A DNA stretch of 63,779 nt, filler included, from Octopus bimaculoides (taxonomy: Eukaryota): NCBI RefSeq assembly GCF_001194135.2. It is 7 parts of 7 records of this genome, joined end to end, with 100 filler letters (N's around TTAATTAATTAA, not from the genome) between each part and the next. Parts side by side here need not be neighbours in the genome. Positions count along the whole stretch, not along the records: positions 23,964 to 45,015 come from NC_068995.1; positions 45,116 to 50,086 come from NW_026352173.1; positions 50,187 to 56,538 come from NC_068983.1; 4 more parts are not named here. One strand, given 5' to 3'. A program made the position numbers and the translations under genes. Below are positions 40,351 through 52,990 of this stretch, piece by piece. The stretch's first letter is position 1, and each line of letters opens with the position of its first letter. The notes under the pieces are model-generated. The model saw only the letters and a list, made by a program, of their open reading frames with translations. It was not told the origin of the DNA and did not search any database.

Positions 40351-41191
40351 GAAATTTTTATTATTATATTTATTATTTTCATTAGCATGTTCTTTTAATC
40401 CTGTTTCGATTTCTTGCCGAGTGTCTTCCTGACAACTAGGGTAGAGAAACGTACTGTATACATTGGCAGGACATTAAAATAGACACACTTAGAAAGTCAT
40501 GTGATAGAGAAAAGGCGTAAGACAGAAAGAACAAGGACAAAATTGAATAATAAAGAAGTAAACAAATAAAATAAAGTGGGGGGGAAGGAAACAAAATTCA
40601 CAGCGACAATGCCATTCTCAATACGTGTGACGTACAAGTTACGACAACCTTTCGCTCTTCCTACATGGATGGTAATCCAGGGATCATTCTTAAATAATTT
40701 TCAGTTCCTTTTTTGATCATTTCAAATTTTCCTACAATCACTGGTAACCGTCTTGAGATGCTACATAGTTTCGGTTTCGATTACCAAACCTTTATAATTT
40801 CTGAGCCTATCAAATTCTTTTGCCGAGATATTATGGTCACAGAGTATGCTCATGTCAATCAATAAACAGACTTTATTCTTGGTAAATTCTGATCCTACCA
40901 CCCGCACGATTTTCATGAAGAAAAAAAAAAATCAGATTTTTTGCGTGGAATCATCTACTGTCAGCTACTAATATACTGCAAATCCCTTATTTTCGTTCGG
41001 AAAAAGAAGTGTGTGTAGGGGGAACGGAATAATTTAGAGAAAATGTAGGACTACTATCAGTGGGTTGGGAAAGGTTAAAAAACATTCTAAGTATATATTA
41101 AAAATCATACCTCAAATAAAATAGTTATTAGTCAGGGAAATGAGAGAAACTAAATTAAAAAATTTAGTAAGATTTACTTTTTAAAGAATAT

Positions 41192-41824
41192 TTACTTTTT
41201 AAAATATTTAAAGTTGCGCGAGTAACAATGCACACATAGAACCCTAAGGTCAGATCTATTGTTAATTAGATTAGAGTTATCCTTAAGTTTAAAAATTTCG
41301 TAAATTTCCATAGAGCCCAGTCCACAGCCATATCTACTATTTCTATAAGGTTGTGCTCTCCTGATGATTTCCCATTTAAGATTAAAATCAATATTATTTT
41401 CCTTCAATTCCCAAATTTTATTAGATAATGATGTGCTATTGGCTTTATGTTTAAGTGTAAATGAAGAAAAATGGTTATATAATCGTTGTTTAAGGTTGAT
41501 TGTGCAACCAACATAGAAGTCATTATTAGTTGGAGTAGTTACTGTACATTTATAGACTACATTATGGGTTAAACAACGGCCAGATACCGGACAGTGGGCT
41601 TTAATTCTACAATTGCAATTAAGGGGCTTATTGGCTATATATATATTGCTATGTTGATTATTGATACAAGTATCTAAATTATTTACATCAATATTGCTGG
41701 TTGTATTATTAGATATGCAATTGATATTGTTTGAGCTAGGGAGATTTATCTCATCAACTATGTTAACAGTTAGTTTGGTAGTTATTTGTATTGTTATCAA
41801 TAATAAGACAATTTTTATTTTCAA
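41192..41824 (-). mobile_element. Penelope-like element GIY-YIG endonuclease ORF fragment
   Basis: CNCRIKAHCPVSGRC linker, VVY...FYVG (GIY-YIG), KQRLYNH, TSLSNKIWELK, LINNRSDL..CVH. Confidence 0.9.
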
Positions 41825-41912
41825 GAGTCCTAGCCAGTTTAATGTTTTTTTTCTATTTTATTATGTAAAATAATTTTCTTATTTTTATTTTTATGGTCTT
41901 TATTATAATTTC

Positions 41913-42007
41913 TTATGCAGCTGAGGAGTACATTTTCATTGTATTTTCTTTAGTGTTATCACTACATGAATAAATGGAGCTTGTACGAAACGTACGTACT
42001 GCTATAA
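41913..42007 (+). ncRNA. Type I hammerhead ribozyme in Penelope pseudo-LTR
   Basis: Stem I TTATGCAG/CTGC(T)ATAA; core CTGAGGA (41921-27); stem II GTAC/GTAC; GAAAC (41987-91); stem III AC-GTAC-GT; cleavage triplet GUA (41996-98). Confidence 0.8.
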
Positions 42008-42399
42008 CCTATTGCATTTTTGTTGCTTTACTTCAAATTATATATATATATATACTGTTGTGTCTGGGCAGAGTCAGTCTCTTTTGGTGCCGTATAATTT
42101 AACACAGTCACCGTTAACATCTCAACTTATTTCTTTTTTATTTTTTTTAAATTTTCGTTGTCTCTTGCAAACTTTTCAGTAGTCAACCACTATTGAAAAA
42201 GTTGCAAGACGCAACCAAAATTGACAATGTCTTCATGTTCTTCATTTATCCATAGTCGTATTTAAGAGAGTTGTATCTATCTAACTTTCGCCTTCCTACT
42301 TGACTATTCGTGGGTCAAAGAGGAATGCAACGTCAGCTATATAGCATATGTGGTGTACCTTGCCCACCACCACTAGGTCCGGTCTGTTATGCCCTAGCA

Positions 42400-42690
42400 C
42401 CTGATCTGTTTGTATTGGGAAATTTCAGATTATTTTGCTAGTCTCCGAATCTGCCACTCTCTGAAGTTTGTCCTCATACCACGTTTTGCCTCTCTCTAGC
42501 CCACTTTTCGCACAGTTTCCAATGTATCACTTTTGCTACCTGGTCGTGTCGCCACAACTTGTAGTGGTTTTCGGCAAGTCTAGGGCATTCTTTCATGATA
42601 TGGGCAATGGTTTCATTACTGTAATGGATATGCAGCACATCGGAGGCACTTGCTCTGAACCTCATATTCGTGGCCAGAGCTTGGACCTGC
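42400..42690 (-). mobile_element. R4/Dong-clade CCHC knuckle fragment
   Basis: ETIAHIMKECPRLAENHYKLWRHDQVAKVIHWKLCEKW. Confidence 0.85.
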
Positions 42691-43077
42691 GCCGCCAGTA
42701 TAGTGCTATTATTATTATTATCATTATTACTATTATGACAATTAATTCTTAATAATTGTTATTGTTACTATTGTTAATATTATTATCATTATGATTTTTG
42801 TTGTCTGTATTGTTGCATAAGTGGTTGCTTTTGTTGTTATTGGTATTGCTGTTCATGTGTATTTGATATTTTATATATTCTATTAGACATAATAGCGATC
42901 CAGATGTTTTATTTTCCCAGCGGTTATTTATCAACGTTTTTTAATTTCTGTATATATACTGCAAGACAGTTTGTAATGTGCATTGTGTATTGCACATCTA
43001 TTGTGTATTGTGTGGAAACATAAAGTTATATACACTTAGGTACAAATACATACATATTTACACATACATATATATGC

Positions 43078-43109
<32 letters not shown>

Positions 43110-44026
43110 NNNNNNNNNNNNNNNNNNNNNNNNNNNNNNNNNNNNNNNNNNNNNNNNNNNNNNNNNNNNNNNNNNNNNNNNNNNNNNNNNNNNNNNNNNN
43201 NNNNNNNNNNNNNNNNNNNNNNNNNNNNNNNNNNNNNNNNNNNNNNNNNNNNNNNNNNNNNNNNNNNNNNNNNNNNNNNNNNNNNNNNNNNNNNNNNNNN
43301 NNNNNNNNNNNNNNNNNNNNNNNNNNNNNNNNNNNNNNNNNNNNNNNNNNNNNNNNNNNNNNNNNNNNNNNNNNNNNNNNNNNNNNNNNNNNNNNNNNNN
43401 NNNNNNNNNNNNNNNNNNNNNNNNNNNNNNNNNNNNNNNNNNNNNNNNNNNNNNNNNNNNNNNNNNNNNNNNNNNNNNNNNNNNNNNNNNNNNNNNNNNN
43501 NNNNNNNNNNNNNNNNNNNNNNNNNNNNNNNNNNNNNNNNNNNNNNNNNNNNNNNNNNNNNNNNNNNNNNNNNNNNNNNNNNNNNNNNNNNNNNNNNNNN
43601 NNNNNNNNNNNNNNNNNNNNNNNNNNNNNNNNNNNNNNNNNNNNNNNNNNNNNNNNNNNNNNNNNNNNNNNNNNNNNNNNNNNNNNNNNNNNNNNNNNNN
43701 NNNNNNNNNNNNNNNNNNNNNNNNNNNNNNNNNNNNNNNNNNNNNNNNNNNNNNNNNNNNNNNNNNNNNNNNNNNNNNNNNNNNNNNNNNNNNNNNNNNN
43801 NNNNNNNNNNNNNNNNNNNNNNNNNNNNNNNNNNNNNNNNNNNNNNNNNNNNNNNNNNNNNNNNNNNNNNNNNNNNNNNNNNNNNNNNNNNNNNNNNNNN
43901 NNNNNNNNNNNNNNNNNNNNNNNNNNNNNNNNNNNNNNNNNNNNNNNNNNNNNNNNNNNNNNNNNNNNNNNNNNNNNNNNNNNNNNNNNNNNNNNNNNNN
44001 NNNNNNNNNNNNNNNNNNNNNNNNNG

Positions 44027-44410
44027 ATGATTTTGTGTGTGTGTAAAATTTCCTTCAATTTGGGGTCCTTATGTAGCATTGGTATGTTTTGGGTGATGAT
44101 GGTGAAGGCTTCTTTGTTTCTGGGGTTGTATGCGGATATGTACGGTAGTATTTTCGGGGAATGTGCGTTGCTGTGTTTAACTTTTCTTAAGTTTTCTATG
44201 TTAATTTGTGATGCACGTCTGATTCCTTCCTCTATGAGTTGAACTGGGTAGTGTCTGTCAATTAGTGTGTTTTTGAGTTCTTGTAGTCTGTAGTCTCTAG
44301 TATTTTCTTCTGACACTATTGTGCATATTCGTCTTGCAAGGTTGAAGGGGATGTTTGTCTTGGTGTGTCATGGGTGGCATGAATCAAATAGTAATTTTTC
44401 TCCTCACGCC
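44027..44410 (-). mobile_element. Penelope-like element RT C-terminal (thumb) fragment
   Basis: FDSCHP.HTKTNIPFNLARRICTIVSEENTRDYRLQELKNTLIDRHYP...LPYISAYNPRN; truncated by gap. Confidence 0.85.
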
Positions 44411-44419
44411 TTTTGAATT

Positions 44420-44985
44420 TTTTCTCCCTTTCACCTTTTGAATCTTTCCTCCACACGTCTTTATTTACCTTTCTCTCTCCCCTTTTTTCCTACTTTCTCT
44501 CTTTCTTTGTCTTTTCTTCTCTTTTTTCAATCATGCCCGATTACAATTTCTACTTTTTTCCTAGCACTCCTGTCTGACCACCTCTGTCCGGCATTCGCCA
44601 CGATTGATCGCTACCCATTACACCTTTTTTAAAATTTTCTCTCTGCTCATTTCTGTGTTCTTTTCTGTTGAAGAGCGTAGGCTCGAAACGCACAAGACTT
44701 TCACACTGGTCTTCGTCTTTTCCTTTGTTTATTTTTGTAAATTCCAAATACATACATACATACATACATACATACATACATACATACAAACGTACAGCGC
44801 CATGATAGATCGTTAGCCACTACACATACATTTTTTCTCTCCTTGTTTCTTTCTGGTGTTCCTTTCTGTGGAAGAGCGAAGCCTCGAAAGGTTAAAGACA
44901 TTTTCACATCCCTAGCGTTATATTAATACAACTATTAGTTGTCTACACCACCTGTCTTCGTCTTTTGTTTTGTTTTCTTAATTCT
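44420..44985 (+). repeat. Penelope pLTR-like repeat with two variant hammerhead motifs
   Basis: CTGTTGA-A-GAGC-gtag-GCTC-GAAAC at 44665-44689 and CTGTGGA-A-GAG-cgaagc-CTC-GAAAG at 44866-44890. Confidence 0.55.
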
Positions 44986-45115
44986 CCCATATATATATAT
45001 ATATATATATATATANNNNNNNNNNNNNNNNNNNNNNNNNNNNNNNNNNNNNNNNNNNNTTAATTAATTAANNNNNNNNNNNNNNNNNNNNNNNNNNNNN
45101 NNNNNNNNNNNNNNN

Positions 45116-46085
45116 GTGAACCAGAAGGCTGCACCAGGCTCCAATCTGATCTGGCAGGTGAAACATGGGCCGTGACTGCTGAGGACATGCCCAAGTTTGC
45201 AAGGAATAAAGACAGTATGCTCCACTGGATGTGTAATGTCAGTGTGCATACATGACAGAGTGTAAGTGTCCTGAGAATAAAGTTGGATTTAAGAAGCATC
45301 AGATGTGGTGTGTAAAAGAGACGACTGCGCTGGTATGGTAATGTGCTGCAAATGAATGAGGACAGCTGTGTGAAAAAGTGTTACACCCTAGCAGTTGAGG
45401 GAGCTTGTGGAAGAGGTAGACCCAGGAAAACCTGGGTTGAGGTGGTGAAGCACAATCTTTGAACATTGTGCCTTACCGAAGCAATGACTAGTGACTGGGA
45501 CCTTTGGCGATATGCTGTGCATAAGACCGAAAAAGGCAAGTGAGACCATAGCTCATGGCCTATGCCAGTGGGTGTAAAAAGCCCATTTATGAATACCCTT
45601 CATTCATTCGACAATAAACTTTGCTTGTGAAGACATTGAGGCAAGTGAAATCAAAATCAAAATTGCTGACGTGGCTGATGACAGCACCGCCTGATTGGTA
45701 CTTGTGCCAGTGGAAAGTTAAAAGCACATCCGAACATGGGGTGTAACCGGCCCACTTATTAGAACCCCTCATACACTGGACAATGCACTTTGCTTGAGAA
45801 GACCTATAGAGGCAAGTGTAAACAAATGAAAATTGCTGACGAAGCCGATAACAGTACCGCCTGATTTAGCACTAATGCCAGTGGAACGTTAAAAGCACAT
45901 CCAAGTGTGATCATTGCCAGAGCCACAGATTGGCTCCCGTGCCAGTGACACGTTAAAAGCACCATTCGAGCACGATAATTGTCAGTATCGCTTTACCAGC
46001 ACATGTGCCGGTGGCATGACTGTTCCCAGTACCACATGACTGGCCCTCGTGCCAGTGGCACGTAAAAGCACTGACTACACTCTCT
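45116..46085 (+). mobile_element. RTE-clade LINE 3' fragment with internally repeated 3' UTR
   Basis: ETWAVTAED, LRWYGNV, GRGRPRKTW; 3' UTR is the reverse complement of 60965-61140 with repeated gccagtgg...aaagcac units. Confidence 0.85.
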
Positions 46086-46412
46086 GCCACCTAAGCTATA
46101 TCAACTTTCGTTCCAACATAAATTTCCGGATTATTCACACAAGGATTAATTTGCACGAATTTCTACACGGATATTTACCACTGGAATGAAACTACTCTTC
46201 AAGTACTGTTCTCTCTTTATCTTTTTGTTTTTATATATTTACATATACATACGCTAATACACGACTTATAATACCCAATCCTGTTCATACAATGATTGGG
46301 GCAAACTAATCAGTATACAGCACTTACTCGGTATTACCTGTATCCTCCGGGGTTTGGTTAAATGCAATACCCTCCTCAACCTTATATATATATATATATA
46401 CACTCATATATA

Positions 46413-46459
<47 letters not shown>

Positions 46460-46566
46460 TTATATATGCACATATATATATGCATATATATGTGAACATA
46501 TATATATATATATGAACATATATATATGTATGCTTTTATATATATGCATATATATGAATATAAACA

Positions 46567-47953
46567 GCCTCAGTACGCTGCAAATTGGACCCCCTCTTCA
46601 AAAAGGATGGCTCCCTCACAAACAGTCCAACTAGGATCAATGAGGTACTGAATGAGCAGTTCAAAAGTGTCTTCACCACTCCATTGGAGCACAGACAAGT
46701 GAACGAACCAGTGGACTTCTTTGCTACCTCCCCTATAACCAGTGAGGCAGTTAGGATGGAATACATCAACACTAGTGAAGAAAATGTACTATTAGCTATA
46801 CATGAAGTGGACACAAACTCAACTGCTGTCCCTGATGGTTTCCCAGCAATCCTTCTTAAATCGTGTAAGCATTCCAGAGCTTTCTCGCAAATTGCAGACT
46901 GCCAAGCAAGCTGAAAGAAGGAATAATATGGCCAATCCATAAAAGGGGAAGCAGAGCAGATGCCAAAAACTATACGCCTATCTCTCTGACTTCACACATC
47001 ATCAAAGTCATAGAAAGGATAGTTAGAGGAAAACTAATCACATTCCTTGAAGAAAATAACTTGCTGAGTGATACCCAACATGGCTTTCGACCAGGTAGGA
47101 GCTGCCTTACCCAGCTCTTCCAACATTATGACTGGGTGTTGAGGCAGTTACTCAACAACTCAAATGTGGACGTAATATACCTTCATTTTGCAAAAGCTTT
47201 TGACAAAGTGGATCATGGTGTGATATGCCACAAACTGTGTGATCTTGGCATAGCTGGAAAACTTGGAGAGTGGTTACATGACTTTCTGAAAGACAGAAGT
47301 CAGGCAGTAGTGGCTAATGGAGTCACCTCTATGAAAACACAAATAATGAGCAGTGTTCCACAGGGCACTGTCTTGGGACCATTGCTTTTTATAGTCGCTC
47401 TCTCAGATATGCCCTCAAGTGCCAGGATAGCCACCCTTGCAAGCTACGCAGACGATACGAAAGTCTCGCAGAAAATACAGAACTCCTGTGATGTTGCACA
47501 TCTGCAGTAGGAGTTGGACTCAGTTTACAGATGGGCTGAGGATAATAATATGCAGTTTAATGCTGGAAAATTCCAAGCCCTGCACTACCAACGTCCAAAA
47601 CTGAATATGAAACTTACAGAGTACACTGGTCCACAAGGAATTTCAACCCCAGAGCCTAAATCAGTGAGAGACCTGGGTATTGACATTTCCAAGTGCACAT
47701 TACCAGGATGGTGACAAAGTGTAGACGACTGGCTGGCTGGATCCTGAGAACATTCAGAACCAGAGATAAGGAAACCATGATGGTCCTCTGGAGGACATTT
47801 ATCCTCAGCCGCCTGGATTACTGTTCCCAGCTATGGTCACCCAACAGTGTGTAATTAACACTTGAAGCAATCTAGAGAAGATTCACAAAAAATGTTATCT
47901 CTTTGCAACTGCTCAACTATTGGGAAAGGCTGAAACAGCTAAGACTCTACTCA
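46567..47953 (+). mobile_element. Degenerate CR1/Jockey-like LINE ORF2
   Basis: LNEQFKSVFT, QHGFRPGRSCLTQL, VDVIYLHFAKAFDKVDH, VPQGTVLGPLLF, YADDTK, LGIDI, LDYCSQLWSP. Confidence 0.9.
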
Positions 47954-47954
47954 A

Positions 47955-48175
47955 GCATAACTGATGCCAGTGCCGCCTGACTGGCTCCCATACCGGTAGC
48001 ATGTAAAAGCACCAACTACACTCTTGGAGTGGTTGGCGTTAGGAAGAGCATCCAGCTGTAGATGTCTTGACAAATCAGATTGGAGTTTGCTGCACCCTCC
48101 AGGCTTGCCAGTTCTCAGTCAAACCATCCAACCCATGCCAGCATAGAAAGCAGACATTAAATGACAATGACGACG
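47955..48175 (+). mobile_element. RTE-type 3' tail / SINE-like repeat
   Basis: gagtggttggcgttaggaagagcatccagctgtag...caacccatgccagcat...ttaaatgacaatgacgacgatgatg; inverted copies at 60385-60560 and 62455-62535. Confidence 0.75.
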
Positions 48176-48251
48176 ATGATGAATTATATGTATATATATA
48201 TTATCGTTATCAATTATGCATATATATATTATTGTTATCAATTATACATAT

Positions 48252-50086
48252 ATCTATATATATTTGGTAGTAGCAGGGAATTGTATCAGACTACCAGAAG
48301 GGAAGCTAGGAGACAGGTTTATTTAGCCAGAGGGGAAGCAGATAAGAAAAAATTTGCCAATGTTCTGCGCCGTGAGGACCAAAGACTTAAGGTATTTCGT
48401 GTTGCAAGACAGTGTGTGAGAGAGGATTGTGATGTCATCGGAGAGAAATGTGTTTGCATGGATGATAGTGTGCTTGCACTAAACGAGGCTGCAAAGAAAG
48501 GTATGGAGACGCCACTATGAAAGGTTGCAACGAATGGGAGAAAGAGAGTCTGCCGAATGTCAACCCAACAGAGGGACCAACGATTTGAGTTGACAGTACC
48601 ATGGTAGATAAAGCTATTAAGAGTATGAAGACAAGGAAAGCCCCTGGCCCTTCAGGAATCACTGCAGAAATGCTCAATATATCTGGCAGTGTCGGCTATA
48701 GCCTAGTCACCCGTATTGTTAACCAGGTGATACATGAAGGAGTCATACCCAATAACTGGTATAGCAGCACCATAGTCAACTGCTACAAAGGTAAAGGTAA
48801 CGTTTTGATACAAATAATTACAGAGGTATCAAGTTGTTAGATCAGGTAATGAAAGTCACAGAAAGGGTCATAGCCCAACTAATTAGGGAGAGAGTCAGTT
48901 TAGATGAGATGCAGTTTGGGTTTGTGCCAAGGAAAAGCACCACTGATGCTATATTTCTGGTAAGGCAGCTGCAGGAGAAATACCTAGCCAAAGATAAACC
49001 TCTGTACCTGGCTTTCGTTGACATGGAGAAAGCCTTTGACAGGGTCCCCCGATCCCTTATCTGGTGGTCAATGAGGAAACTAGGGATAGAAGAATGGTTA
49101 GTGAGAGCTGTGCGAGCCATATACAGTGACACTGTCAGTAGGGTGAGGGCTGGAAATGAGTACAGTGAAGAATTTCGTGTAGAGGTAGGGGTCCACCAAG
49201 GTTCTGTCCTCAGCCCCCTCCTATTTATCATAGTCCTCCAGGTGATAACAGAGGAATTCAAGACAGGATGCCCCAGGGAGCTCCTCTATGCTGATGACCT
49301 TGCACTAATTGCTGAGTCACTATCAGAACTAGAGGAGAAGTTTCAGGTATGGATGCACGGACTAGAATCGAAGGGCCTTAGAGTCAACCTAGCTAAAACT
49401 AAAGTCCTAATAAGTAGGAAGGTAGACAAAACACAAATCCCTTCAGGTAGATGGCCCTGCTCAATCTGTAGAAAAGGCATAGGCAGAAACTCTATAAGAT
49501 GTTCCAAGTGCAAGCTATGGACATATAAGAGGTGCAGCAATATCAAAGGAAGGTTAACTAGGAAGTTAGCTTTTGTATGTAGCAGATGTTCAGGAGCAAT
49601 AAACACTGTCAATGTGCAGAAAACAACTTCTGTCACATTCCATAGAGAAAAACTAGACGTAGTTGATAGCTTCCGCTATCTAGGTGACCAAGTTAGTAGT
49701 GGGGGAGGGTGCGCTGAAAGTGTAGCTGCTAGAATAAGAATAGCCTGGGCAAAGTTCAGAGAGCTCTTACCTCTGCTGGTGACAAAGGGTCTCTCTCTTA
49801 GGCAGACTGTATGACGCATGTGTACGAACAGCCATGCTTCATGGCAGTGAAACATGGGCCGTGACTGTTGAAGACATGTGTAGGCTCGCAAGGAATGAAG
49901 CCAGTATTCTCTGATGGATGTGTAATGTCAGTGTGCATACTAGACAGAGTATTAGTACCTTGAGAGAAAAGTTGAACCAAAGAAGCATCAGTTGTGATGT
50001 GCAAGAGAGATGTTTGTGCTGGTATGGTCATATGGAGAGAATGGATGAGAATAGCTGTGTGAAAAAGTGCCACACCCTAGCGGTTG
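48252..50086 (+). mobile_element. RTE-clade LINE ORF2 (RT) with Cys-rich PHD-like insert; pseudogenised
   Basis: ORF 48834-49814: QFGF, STTDAIF, FVDMEKAFDRVPR, VGVHQGSVLSPLLF, LLYADDL, FRYLGD; frameshifts upstream and downstream. Confidence 0.92.
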
Positions 50087-50674
50087 NNNNNNNNNNNNNN
50101 NNNNNNNNNNNNNNNNNNNNNNNNNNNNNNTTAATTAATTAANNNNNNNNNNNNNNNNNNNNNNNNNNNNNNNNNNNNNNNNNNNNATATATATATATAT
50201 ATATATACTGTTTATATATATATACAGTTTATCATGTTGCGCACATATGGTTGTGATGCATATGTTTGGTGTATCCTTATAAGATGGGTAGCCGTGATGG
50301 CTATATTGGCTTTATTGGGCTCTAATGCCCTGATACAGTACCAAGAACTTGCTCTCATAGCTTCTGATCTTAACTGATTGGAAGTGCGATCGTGTACATG
50401 TTTTGTCTTGGTATAAAGGATGGGCTACAGCAAATATCTGGCACAATACCACAGATTTACTTGTTAGTTGTTTGACCTTAACCAGGTTGAGCATGTCGTG
50501 GCTGATCATATGTGCATAAATTGGGTATCCTGGGTTTCGTATATTTCATCCCAGTGTCACTTTGATGGCATACACTGCTCTCTCAGTCAATAATAGTAAT
50601 AATGATTTCTTCATTGACCACAAAGGGATTCCATTAAGAAAAACGTTATGGACAGTACAGGACAGAACAAAGAA

Positions 50675-50747
<73 letters not shown>

Positions 50748-50829
50748 CCCTGAGTGTGTGTGTGTGTGTGTATGTCCCTGAGTGTGTGTTGTTATGCGCG
50801 AAATTATATGGAAGAGAGCTTGTCGCAGA

Positions 50830-51585
50830 GTTAAAGAGATCCTAAACAGCAGACTCAATGCTGGAAAACAGGATTGATGCTATCATCTTACCTATACCTG
50901 TTTTAACCTACAACTTTAACATCATAAAATGGTCCATCAGTGAGATCATCAAAATTGATGCAAAAGTATACACGCCTTTCACAATGCATTGCATAATCAC
51001 CAAAATGCAGATGTAGTTACAATATTCATTCCACGAAAACGATGGAGGACGTGGATTGATGCAGCTGCAACTGTCTCTAAGGACAGCAATGATAGGATTA
51101 AACACCTATCTAAAGAACACCAATGACTGGATGCTTAAAATATGAAAGTACCAAAAAAAAAAAAAAGAACTGTACTCAATATCAGAAGAAGCAAAGAAGG
51201 AATTAAAGATCAACGGGATTAAGGCGCAACAAGATGAAATAGAAGATCCCACAGTGATAGCAAAAGCGATAAAATTATAAACCAAACGAAATCTCAGTGC
51301 TACGAAATACATGGAAAAGTAAGGCACTGCAAGGTGAACATCTCACAAAGGCCAACGAACCTGATGTTGATACAGATATGACTCATCAGTCGTTGGCTGC
51401 ATTTAGAGTTAAATCAGAAACTAGGAGCTTCATTATAGCAGCTCAGGAATCAGTATCTGCCCGTCAAAATCTATCAAACAAGCATTCTTAAAAATAGTGC
51501 TGATCGTAGCTGCCACTTTTGTGGCGCAACCAGAGAAACAATCGACCATCTCATCTCTGGATGCTCTATGCTAGCACAAATGAAT
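50830..51585 (+). mobile_element. Degenerate R4/Dong-clade fragment (post-RT to knuckle)
   Basis: IPVLTYNFNIIKW, GGRGLMQL, WKSKALQGEHL, SETRSFIIAAQE, C-x2-C...ETIDHLISGC. Confidence 0.75.
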
Positions 51586-51586
51586 A

Positions 51587-51910
51587 TACAGAGTGTTCGA
51601 GCTAAATTTGACAGTTTGCACAAATGGAAAAGAAAACAATATCCCATTAAAAACTAAAAGTACTTTAAAAAATATAAACAAACGTCAACCAGATTATGGC
51701 TGGGAGATAACAGCTTACTCAAAGTAGCCGCCTTCAGCTTCCACCGTGGTCTCAAGACAGTTCCAAGACCGGGTGCATGCGTTCTTCACTATGTCTCTGA
51801 GAAGATCTTCGAACACCTCTTTGATCTAGGCCACCCGCTCGGCCTTGGTGTTTCAGGTAGACCAGCTGGTGTCTTTCTCAAGTGTGCTCCACACATAGTA
51901 ATCCATGGGA
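51587..51910 (-). mobile_element. Tc1/mariner (DD37D/maT-like) transposase C-terminus and TIR
   Basis: Minus: DCNPMDYYVWSTLEK...NACTR...VEAEGGYFE*; tacagagtgttcgagctaaat TIR-like end at ~51587. Confidence 0.75.
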
Positions 51911-51914
51911 TTAC

Positions 51915-52110
51915 AATCAGCCAGCAATTTTGCGGGAGGGGTAAGTCGATTATATAATGACTCCAGTGCTCAAAAAGTACTTATTTTATCGACCCCTAAA
52001 GGATGAAGGTTAGAGTCAAAATCAGCGGAATCTGAACTGAGAACGTAAAGACGGACGAAATGCCGTTAAGTTTTTTCTCCAGCGTGCTAACGACTCTGTC
52101 GTCTCGCTGC
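51915..52110 (-). mobile_element. Family A SINE
   Basis: Family A core sequence. Confidence 0.8.
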
Positions 52111-52112
52111 CA

Positions 52113-52160
<48 letters not shown>

Positions 52161-52201
52161 CAATAATAATAATAATAATAATAATAATAATNNNNNNNNN
52201 N

Positions 52202-52240
<39 letters not shown>

Positions 52241-52689
52241 TAATAATAATAATAACAACAACAACAATGACAACAACAATAATAATGATAATAATAATAA
52301 TTCCTTGGGCTAATTTTCGTCAGCTATAATGCACCAATTGTGATTAAAAATTGTACCTGAGTAGTAGCAAACTTATGTGTGACTTGTGTCTATTTTAAAA
52401 AAACATATGACAAGGTTTCACACTTTTTGTCATCGAATTCTGAAGATGTTTGATATCGCCAATAATTTGGTTCAACTGATGTCAGTAAGTGTACGAACGA
52501 AAAACAACAACAACAACAACAACAACAATAGCTAAATATTTCGGATTTATAGTGAATGAAAGAAAAAAAATGATACAAGAAAGCTTCTTTTACCCCCTAT
52601 TTATATTATTCAGTTTATTATTGCCTTTACTCCATTAGAGGATTCGGGTGTAAACTTAGAAAGGATGCCCCTTAACACAACTGTCTCTG

Positions 52690-52990
52690 ATTCAAATAAA
52701 TACTAATATAAACAGGCAACAAAGTATTGTATTCAGAACTATTATGTTCGATTTGGAACTTCTGATAAGAAGAAAGTACTTTATCTGAAAAAGAAATGAA
52801 GAAGCTAACCAAATATAGAAACCTGTAAAGGGAAATAACAGGTGCATGAGATATGGAAAAGGAAATAGTTTGCAGACAATTATATAAAGAAAACATCGGG
52901 ACTGACTCACATATACAACATACAGAGAACTCATACATATAGAAAATAACATTTCCAGGCACTGCGAATACATTAGTTTCTTTCTGAAGA
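52690..52990 (+). mobile_element. R4/Dong-clade REL remnant
   Basis: INRQQ...EKEMKKLTKYRNL..EI..AW pattern. Confidence 0.55.

Noticed and set aside
40745-40815. Minus-strand GGTTT..AAACC-GAAAC-TAT-GTA downstream of the Penelope endonuclease
   Set aside because: The 3' half of a hammerhead is present, but no CUGANGA core or matching stem I upstream.
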